Shown piece after piece: positions 12,460 through 25,213 of a stretch of DNA of 64,000 nucleotides. Numbering within the stretch: the stretch's first letter is position 1; each line of letters begins with the position of its first letter. The DNA lies in the NCBI GenBank assembly GCA_973895155.1, contig OZ316898.1:15902330-15966329 (forward strand), read 5' to 3'. The notes below the pieces were generated by a model. The model had not been told where the DNA came from and did no database searches. It was given only the letters and a program-made list of their open reading frames with translations. Made by a program: the position numbers and the translations under genes. The stretch comes from Marsupella aquatica (Eukaryota > Plantae > Marchantiophyta).

Positions 12460-15400
12460 CTGCAACCTGTCCCAGGTGGGATTCTAAATGGAAGACTCAT
12501 AGTACCGTTTAATCCTAAACCCATTGATTCTAGTGTTAAGTGGGTGACCATCTAAGGTAGTCAATGAAACTGAACCATTATCCCAGATGTGTGTAACTCA
12601 GTAAGGACCAATCCAATGAGTATGAAGTTTCCCAGGAAATAGCATAGAACGAGAATCAAAGACTAATGCTAAATCACCAACATCTAACTGCACTACGCGC
12701 AGCTTCTTATCATAAGCAAGTTTACGCTGGTTCTGAATGGTGACTGTATGGTCTAATGCTAAAAGTCTAACTTCTTCTAATTTAACAATATTGGAAAACC
12801 GATGTGAGAGACTATCTGAAGGGGAGAGTCGGTTTGGTACCAAGATACGTTCCATTGGTAACGAAAATTCTATAGGAATAATACTATTCAGGCCATAAGT
12901 CAGATAGAAGGGGGTGTGAAGAGTTGTAATCTTCTCAGCGGTGCGGTAAGCCCATAATGCAGAATGGAGCTTCACATCCCAATCTGTCTTGTGAGATTCT
13001 ACCATTTTATTCAGAATCTTGCCCATAATGCCATTAGCTCTCTCGGTTAAGCCATTAGCTCGGGGGTTGTAAGGAGTAGTTTTGCGATGCTTGATAAGAT
13101 AAAGGTCAGTGATTAACTCAATAGTTGAGTTAAGAAAATGCAAACCCCTATCGCTTACCAACTCCAAAGGACAACCAAACCGGGTGATAATGTGCTCAAA
13201 GAGAAATGCAGCTGCGGTTATAGCATCATTCTTGCGAGTAGCTTTTGCCTCTACCCATTTGGTGGCATAATCAGTGGCCAGAATAATATATTTGCTTCGG
13301 CTTTTCCGAGCTGCTGGAGAAATTGGGCCAATAAAATCAATCCCCCATTTCTCAAATGGTGCCAACGGAAGGATAGGCGTAAGAGGCCATTTGGAACTAG
13401 CAGTGGGCTTCCCGATCCTTTGACAGGGATCACAGGTCTTAATAAAATTGTAAGTATCCCGATGCATAGTAGGCCACCAGTATCCAGCATCCAAAATTTT
13501 CTTAACTGTGGTATTCATAGCGTAATGCCCACCGGTCTCTCCTGAATGTAAAGCTTCAATTACTTGGGGAAGTTCCCTATCCTCTAGACAACGTCGCAAT
13601 TGTTGATTAGGACCTTGTTTAAACAAAGTGCCCCGAATAATGGTATAGGGACCCACCTTATGAGCAAAGACAGCTCGTTCTTCCGAATTAAAGCCTTCAG
13701 GAAACGTTCCATGAAGCAGCATGTGCACAATATTAAAATATCGAGAAGACTCCCCTTCAATGTGCCACAAATGCTCGTCAGGAAATTCATCGGAGAGATT
13801 ATGCTGATTCTCTGGACCAGGTAACCGAGATAGGAAGTCTGCATTCTCATGATGTTTGCCAGGTCGGACATGAACTTCATAATCAAATTCTTGGAGTAGT
13901 AAAACCCACCGGGCTACTCGTCCTGAGAGATCCACTTGGTTAACCAAATATTTTAAGGAATTATGATCAGTGTGATATCCAACAAATAGTGACGAAATTT
14001 CTTACACACAAAGACGATGGCCAAAGCTTCCCGTTCAGTGACAGAGTAGTTTTTCTCGGCTGCACTCATTTGGCGGCTGGCATAGTAAATTGGATGGTCA
14101 CGGTTTTCCACATCCTTCTGATTGAGATTAGCTCCAATGCAGAATGCAAAAGAGTCAATGAAGACATGAAACTTCTTAGTCCAATCTGGGGGTGACAAAA
14201 TAGGTGCAGAGATTAACCGATCCTTGAGCAACTAAAATGCTTGCTGCCGCTCCTCATTCCATGTATATTCCACATCACTTTTTAACAGTTGGGTTAAGGG
14301 TAAGGCAATATTAGCATGTTTATAAATGAACCGACGATAATACCCCACATGTCCCAGAAAAGCACGAAGCTGCTTTAAATCGGTCGGTGGTTGCAACTCC
14401 ACAATTACTCTAACCTTCTCCGTATCAACCTCAATGCCGTGTTGTGAAATAACATGGCCTAACAAAATTCCCTCCTTCATACCAATAAAGCACTTTTCTG
14501 GATGAAGACACAACTGAGCCTCTCTACACTTCTGAAATGTCTTCTCCAAATGGACGAGGTGTTCAGCCGCTGACCCGTAAACACAAAAGTCGTCAATAAA
14601 AATCTCCATGAAATGCCGCAAATATTCTTGAAAGATGATCATCATAATGCGCTGAAAAGTACCTGGGGCATTACACAGCCCAAAAGGCATCATGGTAAAT
14701 GCATACGTACCCCAGTCGGTGGTGAACGTAGTCTTGTCGCGATCCTCCTTCCGAATGGACACCTGGTTATAACCAGAGTACCCATCTAAAAAACTGTATA
14801 ACTCATGCAATGCGACAAGGTCAAGGACCATATCAATGAAAGGCAAGGGATAATGGTCCTTCCTAGTGGCCACATTCAACTTCCTATAATCTTGGCACAC
14901 ATGGATCTTCGTCTTCCCATCAGGTCCTGCTTTCTTGGGTACAATCACAATGGGGGATACCCATTCACTACTCAAGACGGGGTAGATGAAGCCAGCAGCG
15001 GTCAACTTATCCAACTCCTCCTTCACAAGGACAGAGTACTTGGGGTTCAACCGGTACTGCCGTTGACGGACTGGAACTGTCCCTTCCATTAAGTCTATCC
15101 GATGCTCTCCCAGATGAGGGTGGATGCCCTTCAAATCTGAATGGCTCCATGCAAAAACATCCTTGTACTGGGTCAACAACTTAATGTACAAGTCCCGCAA
15201 CTCACCCTGGATATGCTTTCCTATGTTAAGGAACTTGCCCGGCTCAATCTCAACTTTTTGACAAGCCTTAGGGTCCACTATACCATCAGTTAGGCCTGCT
15301 GGCCTAAGCTCCAAATCACCAACATCAGACTCACTGATTTCCGGAGAGGGAGGGTGCTTTACATTACCGGAGGATGTGCCATGCATTTGCTGATCTGAGA

Positions 15401-15573
15401 ATTGCTTTCTTGTATCATGACCCACTCCTTGTAAGTTGGCTTTCTTCCCTTCCGGTGGAAATTGTCAAAAGGGGCCACCAGAAGCTAATCCAGAATCCAC
15501 AACTGGATCAGATAGGTAAACCTCCAAATAGCGTACCTCCTCCAACTCAAACTCCAATGGCTCCAGAATCAGG
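12460..15573 (-). pseudogene. pol: Element A pol (RT, RNase H, integrase)
   Basis: LDGYSGYNQ, MPFGLCNAP, FIDD; RNase H EREAL; integrase H-H-C-C, WGIDF, SDRG, NGLTER, WIGPY; several stops and a frameshift. Confidence 0.95.
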
Positions 15574-18564
15574 TTAGGACCAGGAAAAGTCTGACGTATA
15601 CCCGTCGTCAGTTTGCGTCTCTCCCTTATGATCCTCAGTAGCCCAACTCACCACCACCTTTGGTTTACCAAAAGACATCTCCTGAGCTTTCCAATTTACC
15701 TGCACTTGGGCTTTATACAACCAAGGGCGCCCCAACAACACTGGAAAACTTGAAGGAACTTCCGGGCTAATTACTACATACTCCAAAGCAAAAGGCACAC
15801 CAGCAATAAGAGTCTCAACCTTGCTCAACTTCCCAACTGGTACAACTCGAGACTGGTCCGCCATGCGCAAGATCTTTGGTGTAGGGTCAAACTTTGTGAA
15901 CCCAAGATTGAACGCTGTCTGCTGGGTCATGAGGTTAACACTTGACCCACCATCCACTGGCACTCGTCTCACTACACAGCCTTGAATTTGTACCTCAAGT
16001 TCAGGCGGTCCCTTATCCTCCCACTCCAAGCGTAGCACATCCACCTCAGGTAGTTTTCGCCTTCTCCTCTTGCCCGCCAACAACCCCCTCAGTTGTCTTC
16101 TGTACACCGGGTTATCTTGCAACAGCTCACCAATGGTGATGTGAGCAAGATGGCTCTTCACGTCTTCAACAATATCATATCCCTGTTGTTTTAACATAGG
16201 CCGTTCTGGCTCCTTCTCCATTGGCCTTTGAACTGAATTTGGTGCATGATCTTTCACTAATTCCTCCAATTGGGCTTTCACTTCCGAAGAAATGTCAGGT
16301 AAAAAGTATTTGGGATCATAGCGATCATAGGCTGGGTCCTGATCCTTGGGTAGGCCTTCCTCAAATGGAGCTCGTTCCTTCGGCTTAGGTCCCTTCTTTT
16401 GGTGCTTTTCTACTGCTCGTTTCTCCTCTTTCCTCTTAGAATGAGTAGTTGCATAGGTATCCGTTAGAACTTTGTCCCGATTTTGTACTCGAGAATTAGG
16501 CATGCCCACAACTTTTGGTTTCACCAAGTGGTCTACTAACACATCAGGAACAATTCCGGCAAGTGGTTGAGCAAACGTTGAGTTGGCTGTCACTTCCACT
16601 CTGTTCACCTCCCCATGGTGAATCAATCCACAATGCTTAACCTCCTCCGAATACACCATCCTCACTTTAGCCTCTAGTCTAGTTGCCTCCTTGATAGGCT
16701 CTTGAGCAAAGCGAACCATCATTTTTGGTTTAGGCGGGTTGGGACACTCCACAGGCAAGTGGCCTTCCTTGCCACAATTGCCACATATAGGGGTGTATCC
16801 CTCTTCTCTCTTCGGATACGGACATTGCGGGGAGTAGTGGTCTGGCTGACCACAATTCCAACAGGACCCTTTCTGTCGTGGAGCTCCTCTAGGGGGGTAT
16901 CCTCCTGGAGGTCCCATAGGCGGCCTGGAAACAGGTCTGTTGAAGGCAGGTTTTGGTGGTCCCCAATTAGTCATCGGAGCAAGGGTAGGTGGAAAATACT
17001 GACCTCCTGGTGCTGCTTGTACTGCATACGCAGGCTCGTACTCGTAATCTTCTACCTCCTCCTGGCCTTCCAAGTAATTTACTGTCATACGCCAATTTGG
17101 GCACTCCGTCGGATAGTGCCCTTGCTGGTTGCACCGGGTACACCACACATTTGTCCTCCTGGTCGGTGGTGATCTCCGCACAGGTTTCACTGCAGCAATA
17201 TGTACATTCAGCTTAGATAGCTTCCCGGTTATCTCATCCATCATGCGATCCATCTTCTTCTGAGTGGAAGTTTTAGGCTCCACCTTAGAGGTTGACTTCT
17301 TCTTCCTGGAGGTGGTTTGCTCCGAATCTGAACTAGAGCTAGAGCTCTCACTAGTGCTTGAATCCATACTCTCTTCGTCTTCACTAGTGCTGTTGTCGCT
17401 ATCGTCCTCTTCCGAATCAGATTTAGACTTTGATTTTTTCTTCTTTTTCCTCTTATCTTTCTTCAAATCTTTCTTCACTCGCTTTTTCTCAGAAATTTCC
17501 GAGTCCACATACTTCTGGGCTGCCTCTTGTACGTCTTCCAAAGTGGTGCCACCTTCTCATCTCACGTAACAAGCAATCCTGGAGGGTAAACCGTTAATAA
17601 ACCAGTCCTTGATAGTAGATTTCAAGGTAGCTGGATTATATTGATCTACCAAATCCAATAATTTGTCGGCATATTTCCTTACAGACCCATGTTTCTTCAT
17701 GTGCAGATGTGACATTCGGGCAAAGGCACGCGCAGCTGCTCCTTCTTCTTTATATTTGGCCAAGAAAGCAGCCTTCAATTTCCCCCAATCCTGCTTGTCC
17801 GGGAAACGGTCATACCATTTCTGAGCACCCTTTTTCATTAGACCACCAAATAGATTGGCTTTTTCAGCGTCTTGACTCTGTCCATTGGATGCAGCTGCAG
17901 CTTCAAATTCTTTCAAATACACCTCTGCATCCTCCTTGGAAGTACCGAAGAACCGGTCGTACCTCACATTATTTCGAGCCATCGTGGTTGGAGCTAGGAG
18001 GGTAATGAAAGGGAGAGCTGATCGGGTAGCAAATGGGTTTGGGCTGCCCAAGCCTGAACTGCCGGATTGGCTGCTACTACTAGAACTGCTGCTTGTCTCA
18101 CTAGAGGACAAACCCCCGGCTTCGCTCAGTGGTTCTGGATTATCCAATTATAAAAGATCGACAGAATTATCTTGGGCCAGCGGTTTTGCAACTGTGTTAT
18201 CGGACAAACCCAAATTTCTTCCTTCAGTATGAGATAAGGCCCTCTCAGTGGCACTATCCACACCAGAGTCAATTTGGTTCACCGACCGTACTGTCTGAGG
18301 GCGGAGCTTGGTCTTTTGAGAACCAATAAGTTTTGGACCTGAACGAAGATTTACAAACAGGGGTCGGGTCGACATGGGCCTTTCCACATAGCCACTTGCC
18401 TCTTGAATAGATCTCACTTGTTTCCACACACTACCCGGTGCAGGTGCTCCTAGTGACTGGAATTCGGGTAATAATGTTCGAGGGGTCACTACTGATTTTG
18501 CGGCATCCGAATTACTGGAGGTCTTGGTAGGTTTTCTTTTATTCGGTGGATCTCCCTCAGACAT
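15574..18564 (-). pseudogene. gag: Element A gag-protease
   Basis: Three in-frame ORFs separated by stops; three CCHC knuckles; protease VPVDGGSSVNL...LLGRPWL. Confidence 0.92.
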
Positions 18565-19759
18565 CCCTCATTCTCCAAGCACGGGTGATTTTGAGACACC
18601 CGACCCGCTCCTCAGGAGTCTTTATGTAAGGAGTCATTATTTAGGTGCGACGTTATCACCCCACTCCGGGAGATATGAACCTGCTTCCTCAAAGTGACTT
18701 CCCGTAGCGTCGTTCAACATCCCTTGCATGATTCCTCCCCCTTGCTATCCCGTTCCCATAGCTAATACTTCCCTTCAGTGACCAGCCAAGATTCTAAAAC
18801 CTCGTTTTCCCTGGTGCGTCCCTCGGGTTGAGACGCGGAAAGGCACACCGGAAGCGTCGCACACGTTGGTTCATCACAGATTCCGCCGGACGCTGCTCAC
18901 AACGTCCACTGGGATTGGACGCTACTGGAAGCGTCCTGACTTGCGGAGTCTTCTGGGATGAATCGCATTTGACGCTCTTCGCAGCATCCTTCCTTATCTT
19001 GTCCTTACGGTGGCGATTACTGGAACCGGGCGTTCCCCATAATCTCCGACTTCCTACACCTTGAAATTTCTTTACCACATGGTACGCTACACTAGGCCAA
19101 TCAGGCGTCTATCTTCTTCCTAATCTTCTACACAATTCCTGGTGCATGATTCCTTCCGCTAACTCCCGAATGGAAATGACTAAATATCTCTCCTGTGTGA
19201 TCCTACCATTCAGCCTTAATATTACTAAATGCAAAATTTCATCTTTCCACCAGGTGATAGTTAACCAATGTATGCCATTCCTCCCTCTCAGGCTCAGAAC
19301 CCAAGAATTAACATAACAATTCCTCAAATTCCTAATTCTTAATGTTCCCAAAGATCGGATAGGTGGCATCGGTCACACGAACCAGGATGGTTGGACAATT
19401 TTACAAATCATACGTCCCGAGCAAAGTTATGATAACTTCACTTGTCACTCAAAGTGTCTTTGGTGTCTTCGACTGTCTCCAAAGCAACTTGACGAGCAAC
19501 AGCTCCTCTCTGTGAGGCCTTTTCTGGTGGGAGAGGGGTTTCTCCTCTTAAGTTTGGCACCACAAATTTTTCCAATACTCTTAAGAGAGCTTCCGGGGTG
19601 CTTTGGATAGAGTACGGCATCACCTCGAAATGGAAGCTCTTCATCTTTTTTAACTGCAATGATGACGCACCTTCACAATTATAGTAGAACGTGAATTCCT
19701 CTCCCGTCTAGCTCCTTCTAGCATACACTGCCTGTACGTCAATTCAATCTTAAATTCGT

Positions 19760-19777
19760 TCCCCGGCAGCAGCGCCA
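19760..19777 (-). other. Element A primer-binding site (tRNA-Asp/Athila type)
   Basis: TGGCGCTGCTGCCGGGGA just after the 5' LTR. Confidence 0.85.
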
Positions 19778-19783
19778 AAAAGA

Positions 19784-21139
19784 TGTCGTATAGTGCTAAG
19801 TATCAAAAGTGACTTTTCTCACCTAAAACCAGGGTTTCGATCCCTTTAAGAACAAATTTCAGAATGAATTGTATAACTTTTATCACTCTGAGTGATTTAG
19901 AGTCCTGAGCTCTATGCTGACTTCACTTTTCAACGAAAAAAATAAATAAACAAACAACCAAGTAACTGAACTTCTGATTTATGAATCAAAGAAGAAATGA
20001 GTAAGGATTTAGAGACTACAAGCTGCTACTGCCACTCCTTCAGAAAGGATTTGGACTCAGTATAGACATGAAATCTGTCTCATAATTCATCAATCTCACG
20101 TTTCAAAACACAAAGATTAATGATAATGGAATTCTCAATCTGATAAACTAGAAGCTTTCTGGTTGCAAATGAATGATATGATTTAAAATGCCGTCAACAT
20201 GGTTTGACATCGGCGATGCGCCATTCAGTCAAACTCTAAACCATATTCCAGAATCAAAGCAACGGTACTGACTACTCTGAGAATCAGAATTTACTTCTCA
20301 CTTATCATTAACTATTCTTGAATTGGCTAGCGAATCCTGACTCTGCAAGCAAGCCTAGCAGTGAATTCAATACGAGTTTCAGAAATCTGTAACTGAATTC
20401 AATCACCATAGGAATCTCTTGAATTCAATCTCAACTTCAATCAATACAGCTTTACTTCCATACAAAACACTCACAGCATGCCTTGTTACAATGGAAGGAG
20501 GAGGAAACTATTCAGAAGACTCAATTCTGAATACAGTATTAAGTCTATTTCTCTCTACTTCAAATGAGCACTCTACTCTGTCTTATAAATGCTGAAATCC
20601 AAAAATGGAGGAGGCAAGAACAGTCGTGCCTTTCCAAGCTTAAAACTAAACCAGGGAGAAGTACAGCATAAGTACTTCCAGGGTGGCAAAATACTACTCT
20701 ACTAGTAATCTACTTCAAAAACTAAGTCTAAGTGTCGAGCGGACGTTGTTAGAAGCGTCGTGAGTAGAAGCGGACGCTGCTGAAAGCGTCTTAAGTAAAA
20801 CCAACGGACGCTGCTCACAGCGTCAATACTAGGGTGGACGCTGCTCACAGCGTCGTGTGTTGAAGCGGACGCTTTCCAGAGCGTCGGTCGAAATCCTCAT
20901 AGAGTCTTGGTGGCAGTCGGACGCTGCTGAAAGCATCATGAGTAAAAGAAACGGACGCTTGTCACAGCATCGGGCAAAGTACACTAGGAATCGTCAGGAA
21001 AGCCGGAGATGTCAAATATTTCTATAAGTGTCCAGAACAAGTAAATGTTGGCCGGAGGCGTCTAAAGTGTAAGTAAATCTTGAGATATGCTAAAAATAAA
21101 CAAGTTTCCAGAAAAAATTGTAGGAACACCCATACCACA
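19784..21139 (-). repeat. Element A 5' LTR (1356 bp)
   Basis: Direct repeat of 7633-8958. Confidence 0.97.
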
Positions 21140-21414
21140 GTCCCCCACATTCCTCTGTAAACCAGTCGCCGCAAGCGCTTCCTTGTGAGACCCACCAGAA
21201 GTAGAAATGCGACATTTCTTCTTCTTCCTAGTGCTCGTGGCGTCCACTGGCGGAGCACTCACATCCTCCGGGGTCTCCGACCCCTCTGGCGGATCCTCAT
21301 CCTTCCCAAGACTGTTGTCATGAGAAGGCTCTGGAGTTGCAGTCAAAGCATTACCCAACACCAACCCCGCATCTGATTTCCGAGATCCTGCTAGAGAAAT
21401 TGTTACATTAATAA

Positions 21415-21429
21415 CAGCGCCTGGCGCTA
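21415..21429. repeat. Palindrome copy in intron 2
   Basis: CAGCGCCTGGCGCTA. Confidence 0.85.
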
Positions 21430-21485
21430 GCCAAATAAAACATTGACAATTACAAAGAGTTGAAGCTACAAAATTAAGAACTCAC

Positions 21486-22829
21486 TTTTTTTGGTCTCTT
21501 TTTGAGATCCACTTGGGGTTGTTTCTTGCTTGGGTTTTGCTCTTGGTTTTCGACTCCTCGCAACTTGCACGACTTGCGTCTCACAAATCCGCTGGAGCTC
21601 TATGCCGAGAGATCAATCTCGGCATCAATTCCCTGCTTCATCTCTGACAAAATGTTTCTGGGCTCCAAATTCTTTGATAACTTGTGAAAAGCATCTTTCT
21701 TTGTCTCATCAAACGGTGAATTCCACTTGTCTGTGTCAAGATACCACGGACGATGCAAAACCTCGCACTTTGCCATTTTCCTTGGGGGAAACTTTCCCTC
21801 CGGTGGGTACCTGGTGTACCCAAGAAAGTCTCTAGACGCTTCGGACCTCAAATTCACAACGGCCCATTTCTGGAAGGCACCAGGATAAGCCCAGAAATAG
21901 CTCGGGTCACTCCTCTCCATTTTCACATAGTATCGATACAAATATCTCTTGGCTCTCTTGCGGTTCACTTCACTCAAATCCTCCTTGTCAGCGTACTTGG
22001 ACTCCCAAATAGTGTTGAAAAACTTGGCCCTTACGGAATCCCCATACTTTCTAAAATCATCTACAATCAAAGCCTTCAACTTCTCAAAGGGAATCAGTTC
22101 TCCACCTACTGTTGTAAGATGTTGTTTGGTGCATGAACCCATAGCCTCCTTCAAACATGCCTCGAGGAGAGCAGTTGCTATCCCCTCAATCGTGTTCCAA
22201 ACATGCTAGGTGTGGCACCACTGCTTCATGGGGTCGTCCGATACTCCGAGCGGATGGAAAAATTGTTTCCTTAACTCGGGAGTACAATGTGCAACAAGCA
22301 ATGTACTTTGCAATTTTGGATCTAATGTCGAATTGGCAGTGAACAAGCGAGCGCTATCCATGGTGCAAAATATAGCTTCAGGGACCTTTTCACATTTGAG
22401 TCGATCTGTAAGACAATACATCTCAGTGCAAGTGTCCATGAAATCTTCAAACTCTGGGCTTAGCAAGGAAGTGAGCTTTGGAGTTTTCATGGTCCACTCC
22501 TTAGTGGCTTCCTTCATCATCTGACTGTGTCGAAGATTCGTCTCTTCGACCGACCATGGAGCGCCGGAACTGCTCGCCTGGTTCTTCATCACCTGAAATT
22601 GCTGCGAGTATGATTTGATCTTGTTTTCACACAAGATGTATACCAACGCCTCCATTGACATCTTCTTGGTAAACCACAAACCCTTTTGGGTTCCTTTCCT
22701 CGTCTTCTCAAATTTTGCATAATTTGCCTCATCAATTATGGGTTTGTAGTACTCCAGATCATGAGCCAAAATCCTCCTGATTCTGTCCGCATCCAAAATC
22801 CAAGAAGGCTCTACCACTGCCTGTCCTGT
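21486..22829 (-). pseudogene. Exon 2: central region of unknown fold
   Basis: ORFs 22206-22817 and 21600-22154 in frame across one stop; frameshift near 21600; donor GTGAGT at 21485. Confidence 0.7.
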
Positions 22830-24124
22830 TGTGATGTTGCCGGTATGGCGGGTAATGAGTGATTCGGTCTAACCGCACTTAGCACGCGCATTAGGGGTAT
22901 CGTAGGCCGTTATAATTAGCATAACAACAGTATTTAGGTAGCCATTATGAGTAGAAAATCATTAGTCAATAAGGGGAATTCATGTTCGGGCTGGCGGCGG
23001 GTCGCCATTCGGACGCCCGGGTTGCGAGCGTGTAATGGGCCCCCTTTCCCCCTCCCTCGGGTCCGTATAACAAACTCCGGGAGGCGGCCACTGACACGAG
23101 CTGACCCGGACCGGCGAAGGGGCCGGTACACTATGAGCATGAAAGGCTCGGCCTATAAGCGATGAGGAGGCATCGGGCGGTCGACGAGCTCTTAGGGTAT
23201 AAAAGGGGATCGATCCTTTGCAGTGCACCAATTCTTCAGTCCACGCGCCAGCTTTGATCTCGGCTCTCTTGCTTTTCCTTAGTAACCTGCTATCTCCTCT
23301 GAATATCGCACACGATCCTTTCCAGTTCGGCCATACGATTCTAGACTCAGTTCCTGTCTATCGGAGGGCACTTGGCCGACTCATTGAAACATGCCAACCC
23401 ACGCCGATACGAGATCGAACGCAAATACGAGAGAGCCATCCGCCTAGCAGGATGACACCACTATCTCCTTAACTTTGATTACCCGTCCCAGAGCGAGCTT
23501 TACCGACCCAAAGAAGTATCAGGGTACTTCTTCGACGGAGGCAAATACATCGGCTTCTGGGAGGCATTGCTTCGGCTTCCGGATGAGGTCTTCAATATCC
23601 CGGGCACGATTGACTTGTAGCGGCACCACTTTGACCACATCCCCGCTCGGGTCCGGGCTATCATCAACAACGAGTTCAACACTGCCCGGTCGACAAGGCC
23701 GTCTTCACTTGCTTTGGAGAACCTCCACCGACATCTACAGAACTTCATGGAAACTCTACCATCAATGACCAGTGTCGGCCAACCCGTGCCTACACCTCCT
23801 CAGCCTCAGCCGAGCTGGTCCCCGCCACCGGTCCCACCGCCTCTCCGAGTACGATCCGTGGTGAATGCAATAAATATTAGCTTCAAAGACGAGGAGCCTC
23901 ACCCTCCTCTGAATCGACGGCAGCGGGGTACGAACAACCAAGCACCACTCCAGCAAACCCGAGGGGATAACACGGTAACTCTAGCGGCCTTGGCACCAAT
24001 AGTCCCGGCAATTGCGCTACCACCACCTGACCAAGAGGATGGAGAGATGTCCCCCTCTTCTAGTCACCCGGGAAGCAGTCTCGGGGTAGGAAGAGGAAGG
24101 AGCCCGCAGCCGTATCCGGGAAGT

Positions 24125-25213
24125 TAACCTTGCATGCTTATAAGTTCTACACTAAAATCAAAATGATAATTCTAGTAACAAGGGTAGTGGGTATTAAGAA
24201 AGGTTCAGGTGAAACTAAAATATTGTTAAACCCTATTTCACCATACTTGCAGACCAACACATCACGAAAATTAGTTTTCTTACGACATATGATCCTAATA
24301 TCTCCAAGAGAAAATGAAATAGGAATATCATTCGGACTCCTATTCAGATCCATGACTTCAATAAAGGACAAAGATGATGCACTCCCACTCCTCTCGGTAC
24401 GACACCACTGGGTATATTATTGGCTCGTTAGAAACCATAACAACAGTTGCAAACTGAGCTCCAAAATGATAGGTTAGATGTTGCCTCATAGATGGTTTGT
24501 CTAAAAGATGGACTCTAATCGAAAACGGATTACGAAGGGGAAGATCAGGGATAACTCTCTCTCCTGGATTCATGATGGCTCTTCTATTCCTTTGCTATCC
24601 GGGCCAAAGGACGCCCCACCCCTATATTCCCAAAGAAACCTTATTCCCTAAGGTCCCATCTATAAATCTACCACTCATTCCTTTGCTATCCGGGCCAAAG
24701 GACGCCCCACTACTATGTTCAAGGCACAAAAGAGCTTCACAACCTTGAATGATAAACACTGCAAAATGAGGGGAGAGTGCCCCTCACCACTTTATTTATA
24801 GTGCACACCAAGAGGGCATGGATCAAGCCCAAGCACTTGGATGAAGGCCAAGTGTCAAACATCTAATACCTAAGAGTGTGCTAGTACTATTCATAGTTGG
24901 TGAAACTACTTTTAGTAGGTGGAACTACCATGCGTTGGTGGAACTACCATGCGTTGGTGGAACTACCATGCGTTGGTGGAACTACTATGCGCTGGTGGAC
25001 CTACTGTGCGTTGGTAGAACCACTATGCGTTGGTGAATATTATTGTAGTTGGTGGAACTACTCACATGCATTGGTGGAACTTCTATAGTCCGTTAATATA
25101 GCTAAAGAAGTTTAATAAAGTTTAAATTTAATAATCTAACTACTAAATTACTTATATAATCTATAGCATATTAAAACAAACAATTTTTTATAACTTAAGA
25201 GAAAATCACGACA
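24125..25213 (-). mobile_element. AT-rich LTR fragment inserted in element B
   Basis: Begins TGTCGTG on minus at 25213; TATAAATA on minus near 24795; abrupt composition change; left end lacks CA/TSD. Confidence 0.5.
24895..25085 (+). repeat. ~19-bp minisatellite (GCGTTGGTGGAACTACCAT)n, about 9 units
   Basis: Read directly. Confidence 0.9.

Larger units (their letters stand above)
7633..21139 (-). mobile_element. Element A: full-length non-chromovirus Ty3/gypsy retrotransposon (Athila-type PBS)
   Basis: Two LTRs, TSD GTCCC (7628-7632/21140-21144), PBS, PPT, gag-PR-RT-RH-INT order, no chromodomain or additional RNase H. Confidence 0.97.

Noticed and set aside
22820-22829. 10-bp TSD implying B is a Mutator-type element
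   Set aside because: Target is a CCTGT repeat; only a 5-bp TSD restores the host reading frame, and the termini are TG...CA.
24895-25085. CRISPR-like array
   Set aside because: Head-to-tail 19-bp units with no unique spacers, no cas genes, eukaryotic context.
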